Part shown: positions 40,641 through 51,600 of the stretch, piece by piece
How positions within the stretch are numbered: the first letter of the stretch is position 1
How the letters are laid out: each line of letters starts with the position of its first letter
DNA from: Ilumatobacteraceae bacterium
GTDB taxonomy: Bacteria; Actinomycetota; Acidimicrobiia; Acidimicrobiales; Ilumatobacteraceae
Length of the DNA stretch: 64,000 nt
Assembly: GCA_041394645.1 (NCBI GenBank)
Contig: JAWKHV010000007.1
Span: 38,879 to 102,878, forward strand
Direction of reading: 5' to 3'
The notes under the pieces: generated by a model
Seen by the model: only the letters and a program-made list of their open reading frames with translations
What the model was told of the DNA's origin: nothing
Databases searched by the model: none
Position numbers and translations under genes: made by a program

Positions 40641-43600
40641 GTGGATGGGGACCCCAGACGTGAACGCGAGCGCACCGTCGCGGACCCGGTCGGCGACACG
40701 CTGACGCGCCGGGCCGGCCTCGCGGCGTTGGCCCTCGGGGTCTCGTACGCCGCCAGCCGCACCTCGCTCGCCGACGGCGGGGTCTGGGGTCGGCTGCTCA
40801 TCCGTCTCGACCTGGCCGGTCCGGTGCTCCTCGCCCTCGCGGGGGCCTGGCTCCATCGACGCGCCGCCACGACGCGCCGAGCACCCAGCGCCGACCACCA
40901 CCCCGAGTCCGGCCATCCTCGGTGGACGTCGGCGGTACGGCGGGCGGCGGCGATCTGGGCCTGGTACGTGGTCGGGCTCGTGGTGGCCCTGGCGGTGACC
41001 AGACCGGGATTCGGCGCCCGCCAGACCGTCGGGGCCTTCCTCACCCTCCCCCCGTGGCGGGCCACCGAGATCCCGGGCTACGGCCAGGGCTGGCTGATCG
41101 GCACGGTCCTGCTGTTCGCCCTGGTCGAGCCGTTGGCAGCACGAGCCTGGCGGGCCCTCGACGGGCCGGCGACCCGACGCCGCTGGCTCGTTCTGGCCGC
41201 GATCGGCGTCCTGTTCCGAGTGATCCTGATCGTGCTCGACCGGCCACTGGCGGCTGGCCCGTTGGAGCGGCTGCCCGGCCAACTCCCCTTCCTCGCCCTC
41301 GGCGCGGCGGCGGTGTCCCTGGCCGGGCACCGGTCGTCGAGGTCCCCGTGGGCGGCACGCGCCGCGCTCGCCGGGCCCTGGGTGATCGCGGCGGCACTGC
41401 CGATCTCGCTGTCGGCGCCGGTGTCGGGGCGCGGGTGGGAACTGGTGCGGTTGGGGTTGGCACTGGTCGTCGCGGCCGCGGCGACCCACGGCCTTGGTCG
41501 ATCGACGCTCACTCCCGGGAGGTGGAGCGCTCGTCCCTGGCTGGCACCGGCCTCGGTCGTCCTGGTCGGCTCGCTGCTGGTGTACCAGGCCGCGACCGAA
41601 TCCATCCTTCGCCAGTACGTCGAGCGGCGGGTCGCGGCCCCGTTCGGCTTCGCCGTGATCGGGCCGTGGTTCCCGCCGCTCGCCTGGTCGCTCACCGTCG
41701 CCCTGCTCGCCGCTGCCGCACTGATCGGCGCCGCGACGGCCGTCTTGGGCAGTGGCGCCGTGACGGGGCGATCGTTGCGGCGAGCCGCGGGATCGTGGCG
41801 GTGGTCCGGCCTCGCCGGGGTGACCGCCGGGGCCGGGCTGCTCCGCTACGTCGCGCTGCTCACGGTGGCGCCCCCGAAGCCCGACGGCGGCGATCCGCTC
41901 TTCTACCACACGACCGCGAACCTGCTCGCCGAAGGTCGGGGCTTCATCGAGCCGCTCAACTGGATCGCCTACGGACGCTCGATCCCGAGTGCGCTGCACG
42001 GTCCGGCGTACCCCGTCTACCTGGCCGCCTTCTCCCGGCTCGGAGCGCGCACGATCTTCGATCACCGAATGGCGTCGATCGTGGCCGGGACGGCGTTGGT
42101 CGCTCTCTGCGGCGTGATCGCGCACCGGCTCGCCGGGCCCCGTGCCGGCGTCCTTGCCGCTGCGCTCGCTGGGCTGTATCCGACCCTCTGGGTCATCGAC
42201 GGCGTGCTGTTCCCCGAAGGGGTCTTCGCCCTCTGCACGACCCTGGTCGTCTGGTACTCGTACCGATGGTTGCAATTGCATCGAACCCGAGATCTCGTGT
42301 GGGCCGGGGTTTGGATCGGGATCGCGGCGATGGTTCGCGGTGAGGGCCTGTTCCTGTCCGCCGTACTGATCGCACCCATGGTCCTGCGGGAGCGAGCATT
42401 GCCGTGGCGCCGCAGGGTCCTGGTGCTGTCGTTCGCCGCGCTGGCGGTGGTGGGAACGCTGGCGCCATGGACGATCCGCAACTCCGTTCGCTTCGACGCC
42501 TTCGTGTCGCTGTCCGCCAACGGCGACGAGCTTCACGTCTACTCGAACTGCGCCGACACCTACTCCGGGAAGTATCTGGGATTCTGGCTCTTCGATTGTC
42601 AGGAACGGATCCGACAGGTCGAGGGTGAGGCGCCCGGTGACGAGGCCGAGCGAGCCAAGTACTGGCGAGACGTCGGTTGGACCTACGCCCGCGAACACGC
42701 GTCGGAACTCCCGAAGGTGGTGGCGGCGCGCGTCGGTCGGCAATGGGAGCTGTTCCGGCCCCTCCAGAACGTCGAGTTCGCCCCGATCGAGGGACGGGAC
42801 AAGCGAGTCGCGCTGGCCGGCCTGCTCTCGTACTACGCCCTGGTTCCGTTCGCCGTGTTCGGGCTGGTGCGGCTCCGGCGTCGCGGTCGCCCGACGTTGC
42901 CGCTGGTCGCTCAGTTCGTGTCGGTGACGATCACGGCGGCGTACGCCTACGGCACGGTCCGGTTCCGGGCCCCCGCCGAGGCTGCGCTGGTGATCCTGGC
43001 CGGGATCGGATTGGTCCCGCTCGCCGGCCGGGCCTCGAGGTGGTGGGCCGAGCGGGAACGCTCGCAGCCCCTCCACGATCCCGACGCCTTCGTCCTCGGT
43101 GGCTCACCGGCATCGTGGCGAGGGGCGACCCGAAGCCCCCTCGCCATCGTCGCCGTGGCGGCGATGTTGCTCGCCCCGTTGCGCGGCCTGCTCCGCACGC
43201 CGGGCGCCCCGATGGAGGAAGGGTTCATGCTCACCTTCCCCGAGCGGGTCCTGAAGGGCGACGTTCCGAACGTCGACTTCCTCCATCTCTACGGGCCGGG
43301 ATCGCTCGACGCGCTGGCGTTGACCTACGCCAACTTCGGCGTTCGGATCGGCGTCGAGCGGATGTTCGGCTTCCTCCAACTCGCGGCGCTCGTGTTCGGC
43401 CTCTACACCTTGATGCGGCCGTGGGGCCGGTTGCTGGCCGCAGGATCGGCGATGCTCGCCGTCACGCTGATCGTCACCCCGGTCGGGCTGGATGCTCTCG
43501 CCTGGCCCGGTGCGCTCGCGCTCGGGGTGTGGAGCATCGTCGCCGCCCTCCGAGCGACCTCCGGGGCGGCCCCGCGGCGTCGTGCCGCATTCGTCTCGGG

Positions 43601-44909
43601 AGCGCTCGCCGGGCTGGCGCTGACGTTCCGACCCGATCTGGTCGTCGCCCTCGCCTTGGCGTTGTTCGGCGTCCTGCGAACCGCGCCGCGGCCCGACCCC
43701 GCCGACCCCACCGACCTCGCGAAGCCCGCCGAGCCCCGCCATCGCCGGTGGCGACCGTTCGTCGTCGGGGCGATCCTCGGGCTGATCCCGATGTGGGTGC
43801 ATCTCGTGCTCGCCGGACCGGTGGCAGCGATCGAGGGAATGCTGCTCGACCCCGTCTTCCGGCTGCGCGGGGGTCGGACCCTCCCGCGCCCGCCGTCGTG
43901 GACGCATTTCGACGGCGCGCTCCAGGTGATCGCCGAGAAGTTCCCGCCGTGGTGGGGGGTGCCGCACCTCGCCGGCCCCCACCAGCTCGTTCTGTGGTTC
44001 TGGCTCATGCCCGTGTTCGCGCTCGTCGTGCTCGCCGTCGCCTGGTGGGGTCGCCGCCTCGCGTCACCGGCGTCGCGGGTGTTGCTGGCCGGGGGGCTCT
44101 TCGCCCTCGGCATCGTCCAGCAGGGGTTCCAGCGACCGGATTCGGCCCATTTCGCGTGGGTCACGTGCATCTCGGTGCCGTTGCTCGCACCGGCGGCCGC
44201 CGAGGTGGTCGGCCGGTTCCGGCCTCGCTGGTCGCCGTATCGGCGAGGAGTCACGATCCTGGCCGGGCTCCTCGGCCTGTACTTGCTCGTCATGCCGTTC
44301 TTCACCCTGCGGAGCTACCTGCTGCACGTGCGCCAGACCGTCGGCTCGCTGCCTCCCGGGCTGGAGATCGAACGCAACGGTCGGGCCTTCTACCTCGGCG
44401 ACGTCCCGCCCTGGTTGGCCAGCCAGCAACTGATCGCCGATCTCGATGCCCGGCTCACCCCCGGTGAACGCCTCCTGGTCGGACCGGTCGATCTCCGCCA
44501 CACCGTGTACAGCGATGCGGTCTTCTACTACCTGTTCCCCGAGCTCGAGCCGGCCACGAAGTACATCGAGATGGACCCGGGGATGGCCAACGCCGAGGAT
44601 TCCGGACTCGCCGAGGACGTCGCCAGCGCCGACTGGCTGATCCTGACCCGCTTCTGGGCCGGCTGGATCGAGCCCAACGAGTCGTCGGTCTTCGGGCCCG
44701 ACGCCCCCAACCAGGTGGTCGAGGAGCAGTTCTGCCTGGTCGGTTCCTACGAACACGACATCGCCCGGCTGTATCGCAAGTGCGAGGGCGGCGGCGCGCC
44801 CGGGCCGTACGAGGGTCCGTACGACCCCGCCTTCGACTACGCCGTCGAGGTCCGCGTCGCCGTTCCTCGCCGGCCCGACGGGACCTGCACCCCGACCTGC
44901 GTCGACTGA
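40641..44909 (+). CDS. 1422-aa polytopic membrane protein with a central ArnT/PMT-like GT-C glycosyltransferase module flanked by two further multi-span modules
   Basis: This is an uninterrupted 4.3-kb ORF. The central module is DGGDPLFYHTTANLLAEGRGF...HGPAYPVYLAAFSRLG...LAGLYPTLW, typical of GT39/GT83-type enzymes. The N-terminal approximately 400 aa and the C-terminal approximately 520 aa are also multi-spanning. The C-terminus ends in a soluble Cys-containing tail (FCLVGSYEHDIARLYRKCEGG...CTPTCVD). Confidence 0.7.
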   Translation: MDGDPRRERERTVADPVGDTLTRRAGLAALALGVSYAASRTSLADGGVWGRLLIRLDLAGPVLLALAGAWLHRRAATTRRAPSADHHPESGHPRWTSAVRRAAAIWAWYVVGLVVALAVTRPGFGARQTVGAFLTLPPWRATEIPGYGQGWLIGTVLLFALVEPLAARAWRALDGPATRRRWLVLAAIGVLFRVILIVLDRPLAAGPLERLPGQLPFLALGAAAVSLAGHRSSRSPWAARAALAGPWVIAAALPISLSAPVSGRGWELVRLGLALVVAAAATHGLGRSTLTPGRWSARPWLAPASVVLVGSLLVYQAATESILRQYVERRVAAPFGFAVIGPWFPPLAWSLTVALLAAAALIGAATAVLGSGAVTGRSLRRAAGSWRWSGLAGVTAGAGLLRYVALLTVAPPKPDGGDPLFYHTTANLLAEGRGFIEPLNWIAYGRSIPSALHGPAYPVYLAAFSRLGARTIFDHRMASIVAGTALVALCGVIAHRLAGPRAGVLAAALAGLYPTLWVIDGVLFPEGVFALCTTLVVWYSYRWLQLHRTRDLVWAGVWIGIAAMVRGEGLFLSAVLIAPMVLRERALPWRRRVLVLSFAALAVVGTLAPWTIRNSVRFDAFVSLSANGDELHVYSNCADTYSGKYLGFWLFDCQERIRQVEGEAPGDEAERAKYWRDVGWTYAREHASELPKVVAARVGRQWELFRPLQNVEFAPIEGRDKRVALAGLLSYYALVPFAVFGLVRLRRRGRPTLPLVAQFVSVTITAAYAYGTVRFRAPAEAALVILAGIGLVPLAGRASRWWAERERSQPLHDPDAFVLGGSPASWRGATRSPLAIVAVAAMLLAPLRGLLRTPGAPMEEGFMLTFPERVLKGDVPNVDFLHLYGPGSLDALALTYANFGVRIGVERMFGFLQLAALVFGLYTLMRPWGRLLAAGSAMLAVTLIVTPVGLDALAWPGALALGVWSIVAALRATSGAAPRRRAAFVSGALAGLALTFRPDLVVALALALFGVLRTAPRPDPADPTDLAKPAEPRHRRWRPFVVGAILGLIPMWVHLVLAGPVAAIEGMLLDPVFRLRGGRTLPRPPSWTHFDGALQVIAEKFPPWWGVPHLAGPHQLVLWFWLMPVFALVVLAVAWWGRRLASPASRVLLAGGLFALGIVQQGFQRPDSAHFAWVTCISVPLLAPAAAEVVGRFRPRWSPYRRGVTILAGLLGLYLLVMPFFTLRSYLLHVRQTVGSLPPGLEIERNGRAFYLGDVPPWLASQQLIADLDARLTPGERLLVGPVDLRHTVYSDAVFYYLFPELEPATKYIEMDPGMANAEDSGLAEDVASADWLILTRFWAGWIEPNESSVFGPDAPNQVVEEQFCLVGSYEHDIARLYRKCEGGGAPGPYEGPYDPAFDYAVEVRVAVPRRPDGTCTPTCVD

Positions 44910-44987
44910 GCTCGCGACCGCCGACCTGCCCCGACCGACCTGCTCCGACCGAGCCTTCTTCGACGGGACCCGCGTCGACCAGTGCGC

Positions 44988-45755
44988 TCAGCGCGGCATC
45001 CGGCGCCAGACCGACCGGGGCAGGTGGCGCATCACCGCGAAGACCCACCGGAGGATGCCGGGCGCCCACACGGTCGTGGCGCCGGATCGGAGCCCGGCGA
45101 CCGTGCGCGCTGCCACGACCTGCGGAGTGGTCGAGAACGGAGCGTCGTCCATCCCGTCGGTCATCTTGGACCGGACGAAGCCGGGCCGGACCACGAGCAC
45201 GGAGGCACCGCTGCCGACCAGCGAATCGGCCAGGCCCTGGGCGAAGGCGTCCTGCCCGGCCTTCGACGCCCCGTACACGAAGTTGGCCTTGCGGACCCGC
45301 TCCCCGGCCACCGATGACAGCACCACCAGCCGACCGTGGCCCTGTCGGCGCAGGACCTCGGCGGTGGCGAGGCCCGCCGACACCGAACCGGTGAAGTTGG
45401 TGTCGACCGCAACGGCGGCGGCGGCGGGATCGGCGTCGAAGGTGGCCTGGTCACCGAGGACGCCGAAGGCCAGCACCACCAGGTCGAGATCCCCGATCTC
45501 GGCGGCGAGCTCGCGCATCCATCCCTGGTGCTCGTCGTGCGAGCGGGCGTCGAAGGCTCGGACCTCCACCCGATCCACACCGCGGGCGCGAAGCGACTCG
45601 GCGTACTCGGCCGAGCCAGCCGTCGCGGGATCGCGCTGGGCCAGGACCACGCACCCCGCGGCCGGTGTGACGAGCGCGTCGACGATCGCTCGGCCGATCT
45701 CGCTCGTGCCGCCCAGCAACACGATCGTCTGAGGATCTCCGAATGCGTTCTCCAC
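44988..45755 (-). CDS. dprE2: Decaprenylphospho-D-erythro-pentofuranosid-2-ulose 2-reductase (short-chain dehydrogenase)
   Basis: This is an intact 255-codon ORF. The SDR motifs are IVLLGGTSEIGRA and YGASKAG. It sits directly downstream of the DprE1-like gene, as in the canonical pair. Confidence 0.8.
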   Translation of the reverse strand: MENAFGDPQTIVLLGGTSEIGRAIVDALVTPAAGCVVLAQRDPATAGSAEYAESLRARGVDRVEVRAFDARSHDEHQGWMRELAAEIGDLDLVVLAFGVLGDQATFDADPAAAAVAVDTNFTGSVSAGLATAEVLRRQGHGRLVVLSSVAGERVRKANFVYGASKAGQDAFAQGLADSLVGSGASVLVVRPGFVRSKMTDGMDDAPFSTTPQVVAARTVAGLRSGATTVWAPGILRWVFAVMRHLPRSVWRRMPR

Positions 45756-45812
45756 GTGAGTCTCCCGGTGAGGTCGGCGAACGACCGTCTGTCTGTCAGC
45801 GATCGGGGGCGG

Positions 45813-47216
45813 TCAGACGAGGCCCAGCCGGCGGGCCTGATCGCTCTGCCAGCGGTGGGTCGGGTCGGCCTTGTCACGGATCGCTCGCCAGTCGTCCAGG
45901 CGGGGATACCCGGCCCGGATCACCTCCGGTGACGTGACCGCGTCCTTGGCGAGGTAGTGCCGGCCGCCGGCCTCGAGGACCCAGGCGTCGAGTTCCTGGG
46001 TGAGCGCGGCGAGTCCGGGCTGGGTGGTCGCCAGGTCGATCGTGAGGGTCCACCCCGGAGTCGGGAACGACAGCGGCGAGGGATTCGCGGCGCCGAATCG
46101 CTTCAGCACCGTGACGAACGAGGCCGCCCGGACCTGGGAGCACCGCTCGACGATCCGTTGCAGCGTCGGCTCCTGGCCGAACGGCACGACGAACTGGTAC
46201 TGGATGAATCCCCGCGCACCGTAGAGCCGGTTCCAGTGCGTCACGCCGTCGAGGGGATGGAAGAAGCTGGTCAGGGACTGCAGCTGTCCGGTCCGGAGCT
46301 TCGGCGCCTTGCGGTACCAGACCTCGTTGAACGCGGCGATCGTCCATCCGTTCAGGACACCCGCTCGGGGCACGATCGGTGGAACGGTGGCGAAGGTGTG
46401 CGGTCGGAACTCGAGCGCCGACGAACGCTTGGCCGGCGGCACCGCGCCGAGCGGCGCGTGATCGCCCTGGGAGAGGATCGACCGGCCGAGGTGGCGCCCG
46501 GACGCCAGCAGGTCCAGCCAGGCAACGGAGTAGCGGTGCTCGGCGTCGCTCGATTCCATCAGAGCCATGACCTCGTCGAGGTCGGCCGTCCGGCGGGTGT
46601 CGACCAGGCAGCTCGCGGTCTCGATGGGGAGGAGCCGGATCACCGCGTCGAGCACGACGCCGGTCAACCCCATCCCGCCGACGGTGGCCCAGAACAGCTC
46701 GGCATGCTCGTTGGAGGGACTGGCCTCGATCACCGTGCCGTCGGCCAGCATGAGCCGGAACCGTTCCACGTTCGACCCGAACGTGCCGTCACGATGGTGT
46801 CCCTTGCCGTGGATGTCACTGGCGATCGCCCCGCCGACCGTCACGAATCGGGTTCCAGGGGTCACCGGGACGAAGAAGCCCTGGGGAACGAGCTCGCGCA
46901 TGACCCGGTCGAGCGAGGTCCCGGCACCGACGTGGGCCACCGGACCGTTGCGATCCAGCACGATCGGGAGATCGTCGGGGAGCCGAATGACCGTCCCACC
47001 GGCGTTCTGGGCCGGGTCGCCGTAGCTGCGGCCCAATCCCCGAACGATCACCCCGCGCTCGCCCGCCTCGACCAGCAGGCCCGGAAGGCCGTCCGGACCG
47101 GACTCGACCACGGACGCCGCCGACGGAGCGGTCCTGCCCCACCCGGTCAACGTCGAACGCCCGGGAGGCGCAGCCAACGCGTGCGGTCGAGCTCGGTCGG
47201 AGGGGACGGGACTCAC
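45813..47216 (-). CDS. dprE1: Decaprenylphosphoryl-beta-D-ribose 2'-oxidase (FAD-binding)
   Basis: This is an intact 467-codon ORF. Family segments are LTGWGRTAPS, VIVRGLGRSYGD, VTPGTRFVTVGGAIASDIHGKGHH, YSVAWLD and FVTVLKRFG...LSFPTPGWTL. Confidence 0.85.
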   Translation of the reverse strand: MSPVPSDRARPHALAAPPGRSTLTGWGRTAPSAASVVESGPDGLPGLLVEAGERGVIVRGLGRSYGDPAQNAGGTVIRLPDDLPIVLDRNGPVAHVGAGTSLDRVMRELVPQGFFVPVTPGTRFVTVGGAIASDIHGKGHHRDGTFGSNVERFRLMLADGTVIEASPSNEHAELFWATVGGMGLTGVVLDAVIRLLPIETASCLVDTRRTADLDEVMALMESSDAEHRYSVAWLDLLASGRHLGRSILSQGDHAPLGAVPPAKRSSALEFRPHTFATVPPIVPRAGVLNGWTIAAFNEVWYRKAPKLRTGQLQSLTSFFHPLDGVTHWNRLYGARGFIQYQFVVPFGQEPTLQRIVERCSQVRAASFVTVLKRFGAANPSPLSFPTPGWTLTIDLATTQPGLAALTQELDAWVLEAGGRHYLAKDAVTSPEVIRAGYPRLDDWRAIRDKADPTHRWQSDQARRLGLV

Positions 47217-47376
47217 GATGCAGGGATGCTAGTGGTCTCGATCTCCTTGTGGCCGCCACGCAATCGGTGCCACCGGGCCGCAGGGCCGGTTTCCGCCCAC
47301 CGGCCGGAGGTACGACCCGGCCACGCACTGCTCGGAAACCGCCACGCACGGTAGAGCGCCGCGTACTATCCAGCGA

Positions 47377-48564
47377 GTGACCGAACGGCTCCCCGATGCT
47401 GCCCCCGTCGCGCTCGCATCAGATGCGGCCGACCGGTTGCGTGAGGCCGTCGCCGCGAGCGGGGTGCGCCGAGTGCTCGTGCTCGGGTGGCGGGACCTGA
47501 GCGACGACGAAGCGGGCGGGTCGGAGCTCCATCTCCACGAGATCGCTCGCAGGTGGGCCGATGCGGGCGTGGAGCTGACCGTGCGGACCTCGTCCGTACG
47601 GCCGCCGGCGACGGAACGCCGCGGCCAGGTACGGTGATGCGGCAGGTAGCGGCGGTCGGTCTGTTCCCGCTGCGCCATCGGCCGGTACCTTTCTACGAAC
47701 GGCTCGGCCCGACGCCGACGCTGGTCAAGGATCTGGAACGGAGTCCCATGGTTCGGGCCCCGTTGGTTCCCCCGCCCCGGCGATGTGGCTCCATCACGTG
47801 CACGGTCCGATGTGGACCCAGACCCTCGGTCCGACGCTCCGGGGGATCGGCGAGCGCTTGGAGTCTCGTTGAGGCGCCGCCGTCGTATCGCGCAGAGTCC
47901 GGATCGTCACCCTCGCCGAGTCGTCGCGAGCGAACTGATCGACGACCTGCGGTTCTCCCCGACCGGGTCTCCGTCAATCCCGCCGAGGATCGACGACCGC
48001 TTCTCCCCAGCCGGCCAGGCGGTCAGCGTCCCCCTCGTGGTGACCGTCGGCAGGCTGAATCCCGGTGAAGGCCTTCGACCGTCTGATCGAAGCCGTCGTC
48101 GAAGGCGCCGGATGGTGGCCGACCTGCAACTCGTCATCATCGGCGAGGCCCCGAGCGGCACCGTCTCGAACGCCTCATCGAGGACCGTGCGGCTTGCGAG
48201 GTACGTGCGGCTGCTCGGGACGGTGAACGACGCCGACCTCCTCGGCTGGTATCGCCGGGCGTGGACCATTGCGTCGGCCGTCAGTGGCCGGGGGCTGGGC
48301 GACCCTGACCGAGCGGCGGCGTGTGGCACCCCACGGCCGTCGCCACCGGCATCGTCGAGCATCGTGACGCCGTCGCCCTTGACGTGAGCGGCCTCCTCGG
48401 CGCGCCCGAGGACCTCGCCGACGGGCTCGTTCCGGATGGGCGACTCGGGGCTTCAGACGCCTCGGGACCGAAGAGCGCGACGTCACGCGGAGGCTTCACC
48501 TGGGATGCCGCCTCGAGGTTCGTTCGCCCTGGTGCGGGAGGTGGCCCGATGGAACGCTTCCTGA
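47377..48564 (+). pseudogene. GT4-family (GT-B) glycosyltransferase, heavily decayed with at least 6 frame changes
   Basis: Family-typical fragments are scattered over all three plus frames. They are VLVLGWRDLSDDEAGGSELHLHEIARRWADAGVELTVRTS, RVVASELIDDLRFSP...IPPRIDDRFSPAG...PLVVTVGRLNP, DLQLVIIGE, VRLLGTVNDADLLGWYRRAW, AAACGTP, AVATGIVEHRDAV...VSGLL and FTWDAAS...FALVREVARWNAS-stop. Confidence 0.7.
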
Positions 48565-48657
48565 CCGGCTCCCGAGGTCCACGGTTCTCCCGGCCTCGCT
48601 GGCTGCCCTTCGCTCCGTACCACCCTCGTCGTCCTCGCCATCTCCACCTCCGCTGAT

Positions 48658-51600
48658 GTGGACGGCGCCGGGCGGGCTCGGCCGACGCAGGCGACCGGAC
48701 GCTCGTCGATCCGTCGGCACGTGCGGGCATGGACCCTGTCAGGACCGCTCGAACTCCTTTGGTTCGTTGAGTGGATCGGACGTACCGCCTGCGTTCCCGA
48801 TGTCCCCATCTTCTGGACGGGACAGGCAGTCAGTTCCCAGTTGACTCACCCGCTGACGCTCTGGTTCGGGACCCTTGCGGCCGCAGCCGGTCTCGGCGTG
48901 ATCCACCTGATGCGCAAGCAGGGTGGGGTTGGACCCGCAGCTAGTGGCGGGAGTCGCCACCGTCGCCAGCCCGTACCTGCGGTGCCTCGGCGGTGTGGAA
49001 CTCGGTCGTGTTTGCTCGCCTGGGCGGGATCCGTGGCTGTTATCCTGACGATGCAGCAGGCGATCGAGGACGAGGACCCTGCGCCCGTGGCGGGTCCCGG
49101 CCGCTTCGAGCTCGTGGCCGCGCTGATCGGCGGCGGCATTGCCACGGCGTTGTTCTACACCCGCGTCGGCCTGGCGCCGATGCGCTGTGGCTGTTCGTCA
49201 CGGTGGCGGCGCGCAGTTACGACGCCAAGCACTTCGCGTGGGCCTTCGCCTCGCGGCGTATTCAGCGAGGCGTCCTCGCCTGGAAATTCGCCGGCCTCGT
49301 CGCGCCCCGGTGTCGGAGTTCGCTGCGATCTCGTCCAACGATCCCCTCCCGCTGGTGGCGGCGGCCTCGGAACCGACGTGGAGCCTGCGGGCTCGGACGT
49401 CAGGGTTCGCCGGCTGGAGCACCTATCCCGGTCTGCGCCGGACGCCCATATTACGAGCCCGATCCTCATCCTGCTGACCGTGCTCCCGGCGCTCGTCGCC
49501 CTCTATGTCATCGCCCGATTCCGTTTCCGGAACCGGGTCTTCTACGTCACGTTGCTCGCCGCCGGGCTCGTCGCCTCGGTCGGACCGGGCCCGGCCGCTC
49601 ATCCCCAGGCGTACGCCAGGCTGCTGCGGGGGCTCGCCGCGTGGGAGTATCCGACCCCTGCGCTCGTCGTCGGTACCCGGGCGCTCCCGCTGGTCAGCCT
49701 GGCCCTGGCGGTCGCCCTCGGCGTCGGTGTCGAGATGTTCATCGAGGAGCATCCTCGGCGACCCGGCCTGGTCAGAGTGGGTTCGCTCGCGCTGTGTGCC
49801 GCGACCGTGCCCACGTGGTGGGTGGGAGGCGCACTCGATGCCGAGTCGACCTGGACGAAGGTTCCGGAGTACTGGCTGCGCGCCGCAGCGGTGCTGAACA
49901 GCCCGGTCCACGACGGCTTCGCCGTCCTCGAACTCCCGGGCTGGTGTGGTACGTTCTGCTGCGAAGGTGAGCCTTTGATCCGGTCAATGGGCCTGGTCAA
50001 GCGGCCGCTCACGCCTTGCGAACCCGGGCCTCGATCAACAGCCCGCGATACGCCGACCTCCTCGCCGCGATCGACGACGGGCCTGGAAGCCAAGGGTCGG
50101 GCACCGGACACCCGGCTCGATCCCGATGCCGTGGCCCCGCTCGCCCGGATGATGGGCGTCGACGATCCTGTGGCGCAACGACACCGAAGCCGACCGCGCG
50201 GGCGGCGGAGGCCTGGGAGGTCACCCGGGTGGGCCGAGGGATCGCCGATCCGCTGCGGTTCGAGGACAGGACCGGCGCTCCAAGCTCCGCCATCTTCCCG
50301 GTCGAACACCGCTCCCGATAACTCGCCGTCGCGGACCGCCCGAGGCTTCATCTCTCCGGCCCGACGAGCGGCGAGTAGGCCTGTTCAACCGGAAGTTGTT
50401 GTCCGATCCGAGCACTCAGACGGTGGTCTCGGCGAGTTCGCTCACGCCGAGACGCTGGACGCCCTGCCGCCCTCGGTTCCGGTCGGCTTGATCACGGTAC
50501 ACTCCCGCTGGATCGACGTCGACGAGGCCGGGCTCGACCCGGTCCAGGAGGCGCCTCGCTGCGGGTTCGTGCCAGCTTCTCAGCTGCGATCCGACGTGTA
50601 TCGGCGCTTCCGGACCAGGGGCGAGAGCGAGTTCCCGTCGCCCGGTACACAGGCAATGTGATCACCTCCAACGGTTACGGCAGCCCGTCCCAGCTCCAGC
50701 CGGAGTTCCGCACCGCTCAGGCCTTCGACGGCGATCCGCTGACCGTCTGGGCCGCCGGCGCCAGCCGTGAAGACTTCCCCTGCTCACGATCCCAGGTCCC
50801 CGAACGAGGCGGGGCCACGTCGATGCGTCTCGTGCAGAACGCCAGGTCGGCCCGCGTGACCGAGATCGAGTCGGGCGTTCGGACCGACGACCGAAGATGG
50901 CGAGCCCAAGCCCACTGTCACGGTGGTGAAGCCGAAGGAGATCTCGGCGACGGCCGAGGAGAAGGTGCTCTCGTTCGGATTCCTCGGGCGGCTGGCAACG
51001 GCCGTTTGACCTTCCATGCCAACGGGAGGCCCTCCGCAGCCGAGGCATCGCCATCGCCGAGCTGACGGTCGACAGCGTCGACACCCACGGTGCTCCGGGT
51101 CGGCGGTGACATCGGTGATCGGCTCCCGCGCCAATCAACCTTCGTCGAACACCCGCTCGTGATGATCTTCGATCGCTGGAACGAATCGGTGACCGGCAAC
51201 CTGGTCGCCGAACGCCAGCTCCGGCGGGTGTTCCGCTTGGCGAAGTCGCGCACGGTCAACGTGACGGGACGGGTCTGGCAGGGCGACTGCGGGGCGAGCG
51301 CGACCGCCTCGATCCGCGTGAACGGTGTCGGCTACCTCCTGGAGCCGACCACGGTTCGAACGTGAACGAGCCGACGTCGCCACTGAAGGATCCGTCCGTG
51401 CTCCCGCCGATGTGGACGACATCGAGATCGAGGCGGGCGACCTCGACGACTGCAACGCCCTCATCGACTCGCTCGTGCTCTCCGACTGGGAGGGCGCCAC
51501 GTTCCGGTCCGGACGTCGCGCTCGGGCTGGCACCGAGGAGGACCGGGCTCAGACCTCGGCGCGATACATCCTCGCTCCGACCTCCGCGCCGGTGCCGGTC

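Noticed and set aside
40509-43076. An 855-codon minus-strand ORF opposite the giant GT-C gene
   Set aside because: It has an extreme R/P/G/E/D composition and no hydrophobic core or motif. It is antisense to a 4.3-kb ORF that has coherent TM helices and GT-C motifs.
47217-47376. The 160-bp divergent gap between dprE1 and the GT4 remnant examined for an RNA gene or riboswitch
   Set aside because: I found no conserved riboswitch core, tRNA fold or extended pairing by eye. It is most simply a promoter region.
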